DNA of 64,000 nucleotides from Elusimicrobiota bacterium (GTDB lineage Bacteria; Elusimicrobiota; Endomicrobiia; Endomicrobiales; JBDRNC01): NCBI GenBank assembly GCA_043811535.1, contig JBDRNC010000004.1, positions 1 to 64,000 of the forward strand, read 5' to 3'. Shown piece by piece: positions 10,616 to 22,000 of this stretch (position 1 is its first letter; each line of letters starts with the position of its first letter). The notes under the pieces were generated by a model. It saw only the letters and a program-made list of their open reading frames with translations, ran no database searches and was not told where the DNA came from. The position numbers and the translations under genes were made by a program.

Positions 10616-10933
10616 CTATCTTCGATTGCTCTTGTTCATTGCGTTAATTCTTTGCACCGTGTTAATTGTATCAATATTGTTTCTTACATCTTTCGGCAGT
10701 ACGGATGGTGTTTTTGGCACGGCAACATTGACGGTAGGAGAACCGCGGCGGTTTTTAATCGCGTTATATTCATCTTTTGTCAGTTGTCTCTTCTCCGTAT
10801 TGCTAACAAGCACGGGATAGCGGTTATGGTTCCAAATCCCCGGAATATACTTCCAACCGGACAATCCCAGCACAATAATTGCGAATATGGCCGCAGACCA
10901 AAGAATTGTTTTCTTCTTCTCATTTATTTTCAT
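10616..10933 (-). CDS. Small single-pass membrane protein
   Basis: N-terminal TM helix; ATGA overlap with the upstream gene. Confidence 0.75.
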   Translation of the reverse strand: MKINEKKKTILWSAAIFAIIVLGLSGWKYIPGIWNHNRYPVLVSNTEKRQLTKDEYNAIKNRRGSPTVNVAVPKTPSVLPKDVRNNIDTINTVQRINAMNKSNRR

Positions 10934-11223
10934 ATTTTATCTTCCTCAAGATCAATTACCAGCCCGCCGGTTATCTTTGAGACATGATTGTATACAAATG
11001 CGATAAAAACCAGCCCGGCGACCGTTAGCAGGGCATAAAACGCGACAAAAACCAACCAGGATAGAAGCCGTGTACCTAACGATAGATTCCTGGCCAGCTC
11101 GTTCGGCGTGATAAAAAACACTATAATCCCCACAACAATACCCACAACTGCCATTACAAAAGACATTGTTTTTACAACAGATATTAACTCTATCCTTTTT
11201 GCTCTCAACTTGTTCATATCCAT
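10930..11223 (-). CDS. Small two-TM membrane protein (DUF3566-like layout), first gene of the RND operon
   Basis: AAGGAGG RBS; KRIELISVVK-TM-TM-YNHVSKITGGLVIDLE. Confidence 0.8.
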   Translation of the reverse strand: MDMNKLRAKRIELISVVKTMSFVMAVVGIVVGIIVFFITPNELARNLSLGTRLLSWLVFVAFYALLTVAGLVFIAFVYNHVSKITGGLVIDLEEDKI

Positions 11224-11250
11224 CCTCCTTTGAAGTTATGGTTTCCCTTT

Positions 11251-11286
11251 TCACCTACAATATACCTATCCAGGCCATTTTTTTGT
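11251..11286 (-). promoter_or_regulatory. Conserved promoter-like motif, copy 1 (upstream of the RND operon)
   Basis: ACAAAAAAATGGCCT-GGATAGGTATATTGTAGGTGA; same motif and spacing at 37128-37163 and 49161-49196. Confidence 0.8.
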
Positions 11287-11416
11287 TCCCAAAAAGAAGG
11301 GCTGGGGTTCCCCCTCCCCCAGCCCATTTTGTTCTCTACTGACAATATACTGATTACTGCTATTATTTTGTTGTATATTTATAAATATTTTCGCACATTA
11401 TTTCATATAAAATAAA

Positions 11417-11441
11417 ATAGCCGGGTATAAATAACCCGGCC
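11417..11441 (-). terminator. Intrinsic terminator closing the giant-gene/immunity run
   Basis: Minus strand GCCGGGT-N8-ACCCGGC followed by TATTTTATTTT. Confidence 0.6.
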
Positions 11442-11504
11442 ATTACATATATTCAACTGCTTTTACAGATATTTCTTAGATATTCCTTCTCATACCTGTT
11501 TTTC

Positions 11505-11861
11505 TCAATTTACATTATCTTTCGATACTCCAATCCCGAATTCTCTACGTGTGTTTACATCCAGCAATCCCAATAGAATAAATATCCCCAGTGGTAGGAA
11601 TAATGAAGGCAAATATATCCCGCCTATACATAAACCTGCTACCCAAGCCCAAAAACGCCTTTTCTTAATATATTTGATCACTATTTCAACAAATACTACT
11701 AGCACTATTCCTAATATTATCGTAGCAATAACAAACCATTTCGCATTAACAGTTTCTTTATCCCCAGCTATTAGAAATATTGTAAATGCCAGACCTATTA
11801 AAATATAGATTATGGTACTTATTCTTAAAGAGATTATTGCATACTTTAATTTTTTACTCAT
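11505..11861 (-). CDS. Small multi-TM membrane protein, candidate orphan immunity protein
   Basis: AT-rich, 3-4 TM segments, ATGA overlap with 11858..12196. Confidence 0.7.
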   Translation of the reverse strand: MSKKLKYAIISLRISTIIYILIGLAFTIFLIAGDKETVNAKWFVIATIILGIVLVVFVEIVIKYIKKRRFWAWVAGLCIGGIYLPSLFLPLGIFILLGLLDVNTRREFGIGVSKDNVN

Positions 11862-12196
11862 GATTTATCTCCCATACATTTATTTAATCTGTTCAAATAT
11901 TCGTACGCTTCAATTATTTTATTGTAATTTAATTCCTCACTTTTGCCAAGACGGTATTTCTCATTATCATTACTTTTATCATGGGCGAACCATACTCCCT
12001 TTTTATCTTTTTTCATAATGAACATAGTTAGTTCTTGCTCATAAGCTAATTCAACTGAATATATATCAATATTTTGCTCTTTCAAAAGCCTAACCCCTGC
12101 TTCATTCTCCAAATCAACAAATTTTCTCTTGATTTTATCAGGAATGTAAGCCTTTTTTTTGTCAGTATCAATATTGAGACAGTAGGTTCCTCTCAT
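11858..12196 (-). CDS. Candidate immunity protein for the orphan toxin module
   Basis: GAGGTGA RBS at the end of 12200..12676; starts 3 nt after that stop; small and AT-rich. Confidence 0.7.
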   Translation of the reverse strand: MRGTYCLNIDTDKKKAYIPDKIKRKFVDLENEAGVRLLKEQNIDIYSVELAYEQELTMFIMKKDKKGVWFAHDKSNDNEKYRLGKSEELNYNKIIEAYEYLNRLNKCMGDKS

Positions 12197-12199
12197 TTT

Positions 12200-12676
12200 T
12201 CACCTCATATTTTTAACATATCTATCTATTATATCTTTATAGCTACCCGCTTCAACAAAACCTTTATTATTAAATATGTATAGAATTTCTTGACTATCTT
12301 CCTGAACATCTATAGCTTTTTGCACCCCTTTTTTAACACCCCATACATTATCTCCATGTGTAACGACTACATGACCATAAGATGTATTAATCTTCTCTCC
12401 CAGCTCTAACGAATATTTTTCCGACCTTACCATTCCATTTTTAGTTAAAAACCCTATATCAAGGTCCGAAATATACTTCGTTCCATCTTCTAATTCTCCC
12501 ACTCCATTCTTATACGTGATAAATGCATCTACTCCTTCTGGTTTTGCAATATAATCATTCCCATTTGCATATTTCTTCCCATCCAAGAAATTTACTCTAT
12601 ATGGCCCACTTCTTACTCCTATAATTTCACCATCTTCCGAAGATGCTGTTATCGCCCTTTGAAGCTTTTTTGTCAA
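12200..12676 (-). CDS. Orphan toxin C-terminal module with edema-factor/ExoY-like nucleotidyl cyclase motifs
   Basis: TTG start with no RBS. Motifs ISDLDIGF, INTSYGHVVVTHGDN and EILYIFNNKG occur in the same order as in class II adenylyl cyclase toxins. Confidence 0.6.
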   Translation of the reverse strand: MTKKLQRAITASSEDGEIIGVRSGPYRVNFLDGKKYANGNDYIAKPEGVDAFITYKNGVGELEDGTKYISDLDIGFLTKNGMVRSEKYSLELGEKINTSYGHVVVTHGDNVWGVKKGVQKAIDVQEDSQEILYIFNNKGFVEAGSYKDIIDRYVKNMR

Positions 12677-12684
12677 TCTGCTTT

Positions 12685-13053
12685 CTATTTCTTAATATCT
12701 TTATTATTTGCATATATTACTCTATATTTTAGACCATGTGGGTGACTATCTACAAATTCAACTAAATCAACATCTTGTTTTTTAATAACTTCTGATTTAA
12801 TATCTGTTATTAATCCATATCCGTCTGGAAACTCCGTATCTACTAACTGTGAAATTAAGTAACCAATTTCGATGTAATCTGTGGCGACTAACCCATATGG
12901 TACTAATAAGGTATAGTCATCTTCTCCTATGCTTGAATATATATTAACTCCCAATTCAGCCATTCTTAAAAGCGCAGTTTTTTTCTTATAATCCAATTTC
13001 CAATTAGTATTATATACAATAGTTCCAGATTTCAATATTTTGTTTTGTTTCAT
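12685..13053 (-). CDS. Candidate cognate immunity protein of the giant toxin
   Basis: GAGG RBS overlapping the giant-gene stop; starts 7 nt downstream; 122 aa, AT-rich. Confidence 0.75.
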   Translation of the reverse strand: MKQNKILKSGTIVYNTNWKLDYKKKTALLRMAELGVNIYSSIGEDDYTLLVPYGLVATDYIEIGYLISQLVDTEFPDGYGLITDIKSEVIKKQDVDLVEFVDSHPHGLKYRVIYANNKDIKK

Positions 13054-13060
13054 AATAACC

Positions 13061-16000
13061 TCACTTTATTTTTATTTGTTTTTGTGATGACCATTTTTGC
13101 CATACTGCAGGTATTCTTTCAACATCTCCATTTGCCTTAAATATTAGTGCACCAGGACCTTTTTCACTACCAAAACTCTTAATATTTTTGTAACGTTCTA
13201 GTGAATACCCTGTATTTGGTGGATCAATTGTAAATTTAGGGAATATTGATCTCTTTATTTCCAGTAATTCGTTATTGGTTAATTTCGATCCTTCCCATAT
13301 ATCAACATCACCTATCCCTCTATCAACTAAACCTGAATTTAATTTTTTCATTCTCCAATCTGGAATCCTATATTTATCTTTTAATGTTGTATTTTCCAAC
13401 AACCCATATCTTCTTTGCAAACCAAGATTTGTTTCAGACAGACTTCCAGACAAAACGATATCTTTTTTAATTGTTTTTGCATAATTTCTTAACGAATTCC
13501 ATTCAAGATCTGTCATTTGTCCTTTTAACCATGATTCTTTTGTGGTTCTAATTGGTAAATTTGCTCTTCCTATTATTCCCTTTTCGCCTTGTGTTATTAT
13601 TCTATCAACTTTGGAGACATTTTTCACTTTTTTTGAAGTTTCTTCTATATTTTTTACAACTTTCCTAGCTACTTCTTTTCTGGCTAAGTTTTCGTTAATA
13701 TTACCGGTAGATTTATTCTTCACTCTTGAAATTTTCTTAAGCTTCCCAGTAGAACCCAGAACAACTAGTACGCTCATTGAAATTGCTTGCCGCTTTTCCG
13801 AGTCATTAGTGACTATACTTGCCCCTTTCTCTATTCCATTATTTAAACCAGCAAACCCTGCTGCTATGGCAATCGTTTTGCCCATATTTTTCCATGTTAG
13901 CAATCCTTTTCCGCTGGCCACACCCAAACACATCATACTATTACCAACAATTCCTTCCCATTTGACCGTTGTCTTTTCATCTTTTCCTGACAAGGTACAG
14001 ATATTCCTGACATTACTTTCTCCAATAGCTATCAGAGAAGTACTTAGGGCGCCTATTCCCGTAAAGGTGTTTATGTAAGCTATTGTCATCTCACCGGTCA
14101 TGTGGAGTCCATGTTGAGCATGATACAGAACATTACCGATAAAACCACTATCTTTCAACCATGTATCATTTCCTGTTTCCATACTTTCGACTTCTGACCT
14201 TACAACTTTAAGAGGATTAAATTGAGAAGCCAAATTCCAGAATACGACTTCGCTAGTTGCTGTTCTAGCTTTATTATCTAAGAAATCGCTGAATTCCATA
14301 CTCATTTTTGATGCGCCTTCTATAGCATTCAGTTTTATGCCGTCATAAATATCTATTTTTTTGCCCAGTAGTTCATTACCTTTAGCGTAAACACTCAACA
14401 GATACTTAGCCGTATCTCCATTTATCATACCGCCGTTAATCAGCTTTTTCACATTAAGCATATAATTACCGAGTATCTTGCCTGTGAACTCCATTTGTTT
14501 AGCGCTTATCTTATCTCTTGCATTAAGTTTAATCGCCATCGCATTTAGCGGCAGCATCCCTTTATATAACGCATTATTAAACGCAATGTTAGACTGCTTG
14601 ATCAACGTTTCCTGGTTATTGAGTATTTCTTCATACGATTTTACTTGTTCTATAGAATCACCTAGATATTCGTGAGCCGCGGCGTAATTACCCTGCCTGA
14701 TTAAATTTGTCATATTTTCCGATATTGTTTCAACTTCTTTCTTTACAGCTGTTACTGCATCGGTATAAGCCGCATTTTCGCTTTCGAAGTTCAGTTTGAT
14801 TTTGTTGATGAGTCCCTTGCCACCGAACCTATCAACTTGCGTATTGACCTCTTCTTGAATCCTGTTTGTGAAGTTGACTTTATCATCTATTAAGTTCGGC
14901 AATAAAATATCTAATTGAACCGCTGTTTCACGCAAATCTTTTATATTATTCGCTATTTCGCCAAATGATGCTATTTCGCCTTTACTATTTAAGCTGTATT
15001 GTTCACCATTATTTTCAAGATACGCGCTTATTATCTCAGGTTTATTGCCATCCATCTTCACGATAGCACAAGTCACTTCATACTGAGTATTGTTTAATTT
15101 AAGAACAGCTCTTCCTTCAAGCATGAATATTCCCGGGATATTTGTTTCCACCAATTGACCGCCAAGTTTACCTCCGGTTTCAAACTCCGCACCATTTGAC
15201 ATAATGATCACAGCATGTTCAATATTATCTTTCCCTTCTTTGCCGGTTATTAGATTCCATATTTTTATTGCAGCATTAGCAATGAAGTTCCCTACTGTTT
15301 TAAATGCTGATGTTATGGATTCCAAAACTTTTGTTAGCGGATTACTGGCCAATGTTGCCTGTGTCTGGATATTCCGTAACACCTTGTTTACTATTTCGCT
15401 GTTCATATCGCATTGGAGCGCTTTTATTGTGTTTTGATTTGCATCTTTAACTGAGATATGCGCAATCCGGCCATCCATTACGGCTATCAAATAGCTCCCT
15501 TTGGGCGCGTTAATGTCCTTATCACCTAAAATATCCTTGGCCAGCGAAGAATCAGCAGGGCTTATGATAACCTGTTTACCGCCGTTTGAAAGTTGCGAGC
15601 CGTCTCTATTTATTTGCATGCATACTAAAGTAAGTTTCCCGTCCTTGCCGGTAGGCATGTCTGTTACTTGAAGAACTGTTTCTCCGTTTGGCAATCCATT
15701 GACACCTGAAAGCGTCATGAGTATCTGGCCTTTTTCAGTGTCAATTTTGAAATGCAAAGCATCGGCCATTTTCGCCAGTTTTGTCTGTATCAGCGAGTTC
15801 TGCATGTCAGCAATCGTCTTCGTAACCACTGCTATATCGCGCTTGTCCATGACCGGCATTGACGACGTTATTCTGCTTTTTTCCTCCTTCTTGAGCGAGT
15901 CAAAACTAACTATTTCAACATCTTGTACTTTGTCAAAGTTATCTGCAAAGACAACCAATCTATCCTGGCCATTTGTTCCCTTGCCTTTGTCATAAACGTA

Positions 16001-19000
16001 TTCCAACTGGCCCGTGGCTTTATTCATCGAGATTATCCGGGTTTTCCCGTTGTTCCCCTGCTGGACATAGACCAGGCTGGCATTGTTCCCTAAATGAACT
16101 GCATTAACCAGAGCCGGATTGACCTGCGCCAGTACACGATTACCGTTAGAATATTCAATTTTAAAAGTTTCGAACACGGATGAATAGGACTTGCCGTCTT
16201 GCGCGGAATATACCTTGCCGCTTGCCAGAACATCATCCGAATGAGACTTGTCATATACCAAAAGGGTATGCTGGGTTTTGCCATTTTCGTCTTTTATGCT
16301 GAATTCCACTGCCTGGGGATCGCCGTTTTGTCCCATATAGACGCTGCGCGAAGCGCTTGATGCCTTATCTTCTTCCGTATATACACTCTTTGCCGTTTTT
16401 ATCGCTTCCTTAACGTCAGTGGAAGCGTTTTGCATCCTTGCGAGATTGAGTATCATTGACTTGGCGTTATCCAGGTCCTTGCCGCCCAAAACAAGAGCGA
16501 AAGTGCTGACATCATTCCCTCTTCTAATCGTACCGTTGATTCCGACCACCTTATTTCCATCTTTCACGAAGCTGACCGATATGGCTGTATCACGGTTATC
16601 CTGCCCCTTGTAGAATACCCCCTTTATCGTATCGTCCCCTGACAGGAATACGGCCATCTTTAAGCCGTTTATTTCAGCGCCCAAGACGCTGTCCGCGTTA
16701 AAATATCCTTTTAATGAATCGAGCTTATTACTATCAAGGCCCATTTCGTTCAGTATCACTTTATCAACATGGGCGCCCAGTATTTCAAATGCGTTTTCAA
16801 TATCGTTCTCAGACAATGCCTGATTAATATTATCCCGGCTTCCGAAAAGCAACACCCCGCTATTTTCATTGCCGGAAGATATTTCATTGAATATCCGGTT
16901 TAATTTTAACTCTCCATAGAGGGAACTCATGATTCCATCACTTGATAAATCCTTGTTATGGGAGTTTTGATTTTCAGAAGCAATATATTCTTTATTCGAT
17001 TCGTGTGTTTTACCATCTTGACCCTGCTGTTTATTATTTTCTTTTTTCCAATCAACAATTTTATTTCCAAAGTCGGCCCCATATTCCGCCGTCATATTTA
17101 CAAAAGCTATCTCCCCTCTATTTTCCATGTTAATTTTATCTTGCTGGTCTTTTAATTGTTCTTTAATTGATTTTTCGCCAGGGCCAGTCCGATATGTAAT
17201 CACCGTTTGCTGGAATTTTCGGCTTTCTCCTTCCGACATTCCCTTGTTTACGCCAGAATTAAATGAAATCGCAAATGTTTTAAGAGAATTATTAATTTTT
17301 GATATCGTATCCGCGTCAAGCTTCGTATTGTTCTTCGGTGCCATAACCTTCTCTGCTATTGAAACGGATATCTGAAGAACATACGCTGAAACCGTCTGTC
17401 CCTCAACGTTATTTACGTTATTATAAATTACGCGGCTTATGGCCATGCCAACTAATGCCATTGTAAAGCTTTCAGCAACGGATAACGATGTAATTCTCTT
17501 GCCATCACTAGAGCTATTTGCATCTTCTTTCACCCATCCTTCTGCAGTTGCGGTGTTCATTGCCACATTCATCGCGGCTACAATTCCCAACTGATTGCCG
17601 TCTTTTACTCCCTTTGCCATCGCCGCGCCCACGTTTAACGATGTAATTAGAAGCACATTCAACACTTTTTTGACATCCGTATCCTTCACAACCCCTATCG
17701 ATGCAATAGAACCATCTATCACTGATATCAAATATATGTTTGTTTCCCATGTTCCTTCTATCAGGTTATTTGCTACATTGGAAGCAGTTTTTATGACAAC
17801 ATTTTTCGCAACTTTTATATATTTGTTTTCTATATCATTTATTCTCTTCAAGTAATCATTTGAAACCGCATTTACTGCGCTTTCACCGGCCATTTTCCAT
17901 AAATTCTCGTTGCTTAGATCCGTGCCGCTAAACGCGGCGCGAATAACTTTTATCGCCATATTCACTGCCGCCATTATAAGTATATTGACAACCGTACCTA
18001 TACCCGGCATTATGATGTTTAATGCAATTTCCCCCGCCGATATCAAAACACTTGTTATTTGATCGCCTAAACTTATATCGCTCGCCGTAGTTGTTTCGAC
18101 CGTGATATTGGATTTATTCCGCGTCGCCTCCTGATCTATATTGCCGTAACTGTCGTATGAATAGACTGTATTTGAATTACTCGTTATCTGTTTAATGCTG
18201 CCGGACCAGCTATAACTATCGTAATACGTCTTTAGGTTCCCGGAAAGAGTGAAACCGGCCTGAGCGCTGGTGATATTCCAACTATTCAAACTATTCGCGC
18301 CAAATACAACCTGGGTAATATAAGGGTTGTTATAGGCGGTTTCAGCCCAATCTTCCTTAACGTGAGCTGTTATTGTCGTTTCGGTTTTTGAAGAATGCCT
18401 TGTGCCATCAGAATTATATTGGATATTGGTTGTGGTCTCCGTCCCCTGAGTCATATTCCCGTCATATTTAAGGAAACTGCTCTCGGATGACTTTACCCTG
18501 CCGTAAGTATCGTAACTATTTATTACATCGTGGCTTATGACGGCTATTTGGCCCAATACTTCCGTAATTTGAGAATCTTCTTTAGATATATCGTATAGGC
18601 GCTGGATTTTCTTAATATACCAGTAATCGTATGTTCCCCACTGGCTGACATATGACCATGATTCTTTTTCCCTTCCATAGCTGTCATACTGAATATTTGT
18701 CTGGATATACCCTATATCTATCCCTTTCGCAGTAATTCTTGAATTCGTGGTAATTGTTCCCAATGTGCCAGTGCTGCCGCTTCCGTATGTACCGTTTCCT
18801 TTTGCCCTAACCGTATTCGTTACCACCTGCCCGTATATGTTATATTCTTTGCTTGTACAAAGTTCTACTGAAGCATTTTTCCAGGCAGAGTCCAACCCGG
18901 GTATATTACCGCCTCCTATATTGTCCCAACTGCGCATTTCATCTTCAAATGCAATCCGGTTGTTCTGGTCATAGACTATATTAATGACATTGCTTGAAAT

Positions 19001-22000
19001 AGTCCAAAGAAGAGCGCCATTTTTATAGTTTTTTTGAGTTTCAGTGTATCCCGATATCTGGCCGAGGCCGTTATATTTTGTCGCGACACGGTCAACTACG
19101 AGCGTTATGTCCGGCGATGCGTTACTCTTCGTTTGCTGCTCATACGAGTATATTCTGCCGTGCACATCGTAAGTGATATCTGTCTGGCCAATTACAGTTA
19201 CTTTGTCCGGCGCCCCATTATCATCGTATATCTTCTCATTTCTTGAGGCCGCCTGGCCGAGGCTGTTATATGCAGTTATTATTGTTTGTTTATATGAATG
19301 ATCGAGATTGCCCCCAATTTCTTTGATTAAGGTATTTGAATATACCACCCTGCCTTCAGTGTCGTATGACTGGTCCGAAAGCGTTGTTTCGATGGTTACT
19401 TTGCCGTCTACAAGGCTGCCGCCGCTCCACACCCGTTCGGTGGTGCTGCGAGTATACCTGATAATCTGCCCCCTGGAATTAAAACCGGAATTCTGTGTTT
19501 GAGTTATATGGTAAAAGGTAATTGAGTTTATGCAGGATCCGTTAACATAATCTGCGTCTGTTTCACTTGTGCAATTATTCGTCTGTATTACCTGCCCTAT
19601 GCCGTTATAATTTAAGCTAACCGTCTCGTCCGTCGTTTTTACGCATTTCTCGTTCGCGGATATATTCTGCGTTTCAGTCGTTATTGTCCTATAATTTGTT
19701 ACCCTTCCTGATTCGTCGTACGAATTGTCAATTGTATTCACTGCGTACTGGGTATTGAGGATAGAACCGCCGGAATTGTCTTTATCTGTCCGGGCAAGCT
19801 GTATATTGCTTATCCGGCCAAGATTGTCATAGGAAATATCGCTTGTTGTATTCTCTAAAGATATTTTAGAACCTTCTTCTGTTTCTTTTGAATACTGTAA
19901 AAGCCTGCCTTGTCTGTCGAATGTCTGGCCGCTGACCTTCTCTACGATATCCGTACCTTCATTTGTAGTGCGCGTATATCCGGTAACCTGATTCATTTTA
20001 TTGAATGAACTATTTACCGTTTTCACGGAATATGTATTATTCAGGTCACCCGTTAACGAACTGCCCGCCTCAGTTATTATCTGATTTGTTGACAGGATCC
20101 TCCCTTGCAAGTCATAGGACATATATGTGTTTTCAGTAGTCACTTTACCGTCATATGTCGTTCTTACATACGAGGTCATTTGCCCTGAATTGTTATAATG
20201 TGTGTTATTAGTTTCAACTATATATGTATGATTCAGATTGCCAAGGGAGGAATTCCCGGTTTCCGTGTACTGTAATTCGGAATAACTGAGCTGCCCTTTT
20301 ATATCATAGTTGTTATCTTTTATCGTATTCTCGACCGTAGTTTTGTCGCCGTCAATAGTGGTGCGGCTGTATCTTATTAATTGACCCAAAGAGTTATAAA
20401 CCATTCCCGCAGATTCAACGGTATAAGAATGATTTAATATCTCGCCTTCGGCAACAGTAATTACTTCGCCGTTCTGAATCTCAGTATACGCGCTATTCGT
20501 TTCCGTATATGATATTCTGCTGCCTGTTAGCCGGTTGTTGTTATCATAAATAAGGCCGCTCCCTGTCTCCGTGGTCGCTTTTTCATTTTCTTGAGTAGTT
20601 TTTAAATATCCGGTAATCTGGCCCAACATATTAAAAGTATTATTTATCGTAGTTTTATATGTTTCTGAAAGGCCGTTTCCTGTCTCTTTTGTTAACACGG
20701 TACTCGCCGTCATATTGCCGCCGGCATCGTATTGCAAAGCTGACGCCGTATCAAGCGTTGTCTTGCCGCCCTCTTTAGTGGTTCGGGTGTACGCTATTAC
20801 CTGACCGAGTTCATTGTAATTATCGTTGCTTACACTTACCTTATAGGACCTGTTAAGATTCCCGCTTTCATCCTTTTCTACATACTGAGTGTCTGAATGC
20901 TCTATTTGCCCCTGCGAATTATAAGTGATTCCGCTTGCTGTTTCCAATATCTCTTTATCAGGAGAGGCGCTGTCATTATAGGTTTCCCGGCTGTAGCCCG
21001 CCAACAAACTATTGATATAGAGATTGTTCAACGTTTTAACCGAATAGCTGTGATTTAAAACCCCGTCCGGCGAGCCATCCTGCCTGACGCTCTGTTCCGT
21101 ATAATCTACAACCTGCGTTTTTACCTGCTCGTTCATGTTATAGGTAATATTAGAAGCATTTTCAGTTTCAACCTTATATGAGTTAAAGTTGCTAAGTGAA
21201 CCGGTCCCTTCTTCGGTAGTACGGGAATAACCTATGACCTGGCCTAAACCCCGGCTGTCATAAGTGCTCTGCGTACTAACTTTATATAGGCGATTTAGTT
21301 CTGTGCCATTTGTCTGCTTGTCCTTTTCTTCATAGGTAGATACTGAATTTATCACCCTTCCATCCGTCCCGTATATTATCTGATCGCATTTCTCTATCGT
21401 GTATTTGCCGTATTTCGATGTCGCGGCGTCATAATTTTCATTAGTCCTGCGATTACACGACACCAGCTGACCAAGATCGTTGTAGCTCTGGAAAAGAGTG
21501 ATAACTTCCCATCGCTTATTGTAGGAATCATTACCAGCAATAGTTTCCGTCCAGTAGGCTGTCTGGCTGATGACCTGGCCGGACCCGTCGTATTTTACGT
21601 CATGGACACCCTGCACATCCGTCTTTCCGTTTGCCGATGTGCGGTCCTGATACTGAGTAACAAGTCCCAACCCGTTGAAAGCCTCATTTTTCCTGCACGA
21701 ATATGATGTTGAATTTATTACGGCAGCCCCATTGATTATGGCCATGACAACCGTGGTAGCATCCATTTCCTTTACACGTTTATTGTCATTTTCATAAGTG
21801 TATGTATTTTGCTGAGCCGTTAGTCTCTCTCCTTCTATAGTGGTCACAGTTTCGTTTGACGGCGAGTTCCTGAACAGGCCGTCAAATTCATTAATATGCG
21901 CTTCTCTTGTGTAATGACGGTCCATGCCCGCGCCCGTTTCCGTAATCTCTTTCTTAACATCATTCGCCCGGCCCGTCACTGAATAGCCCTGAGTAACAAG

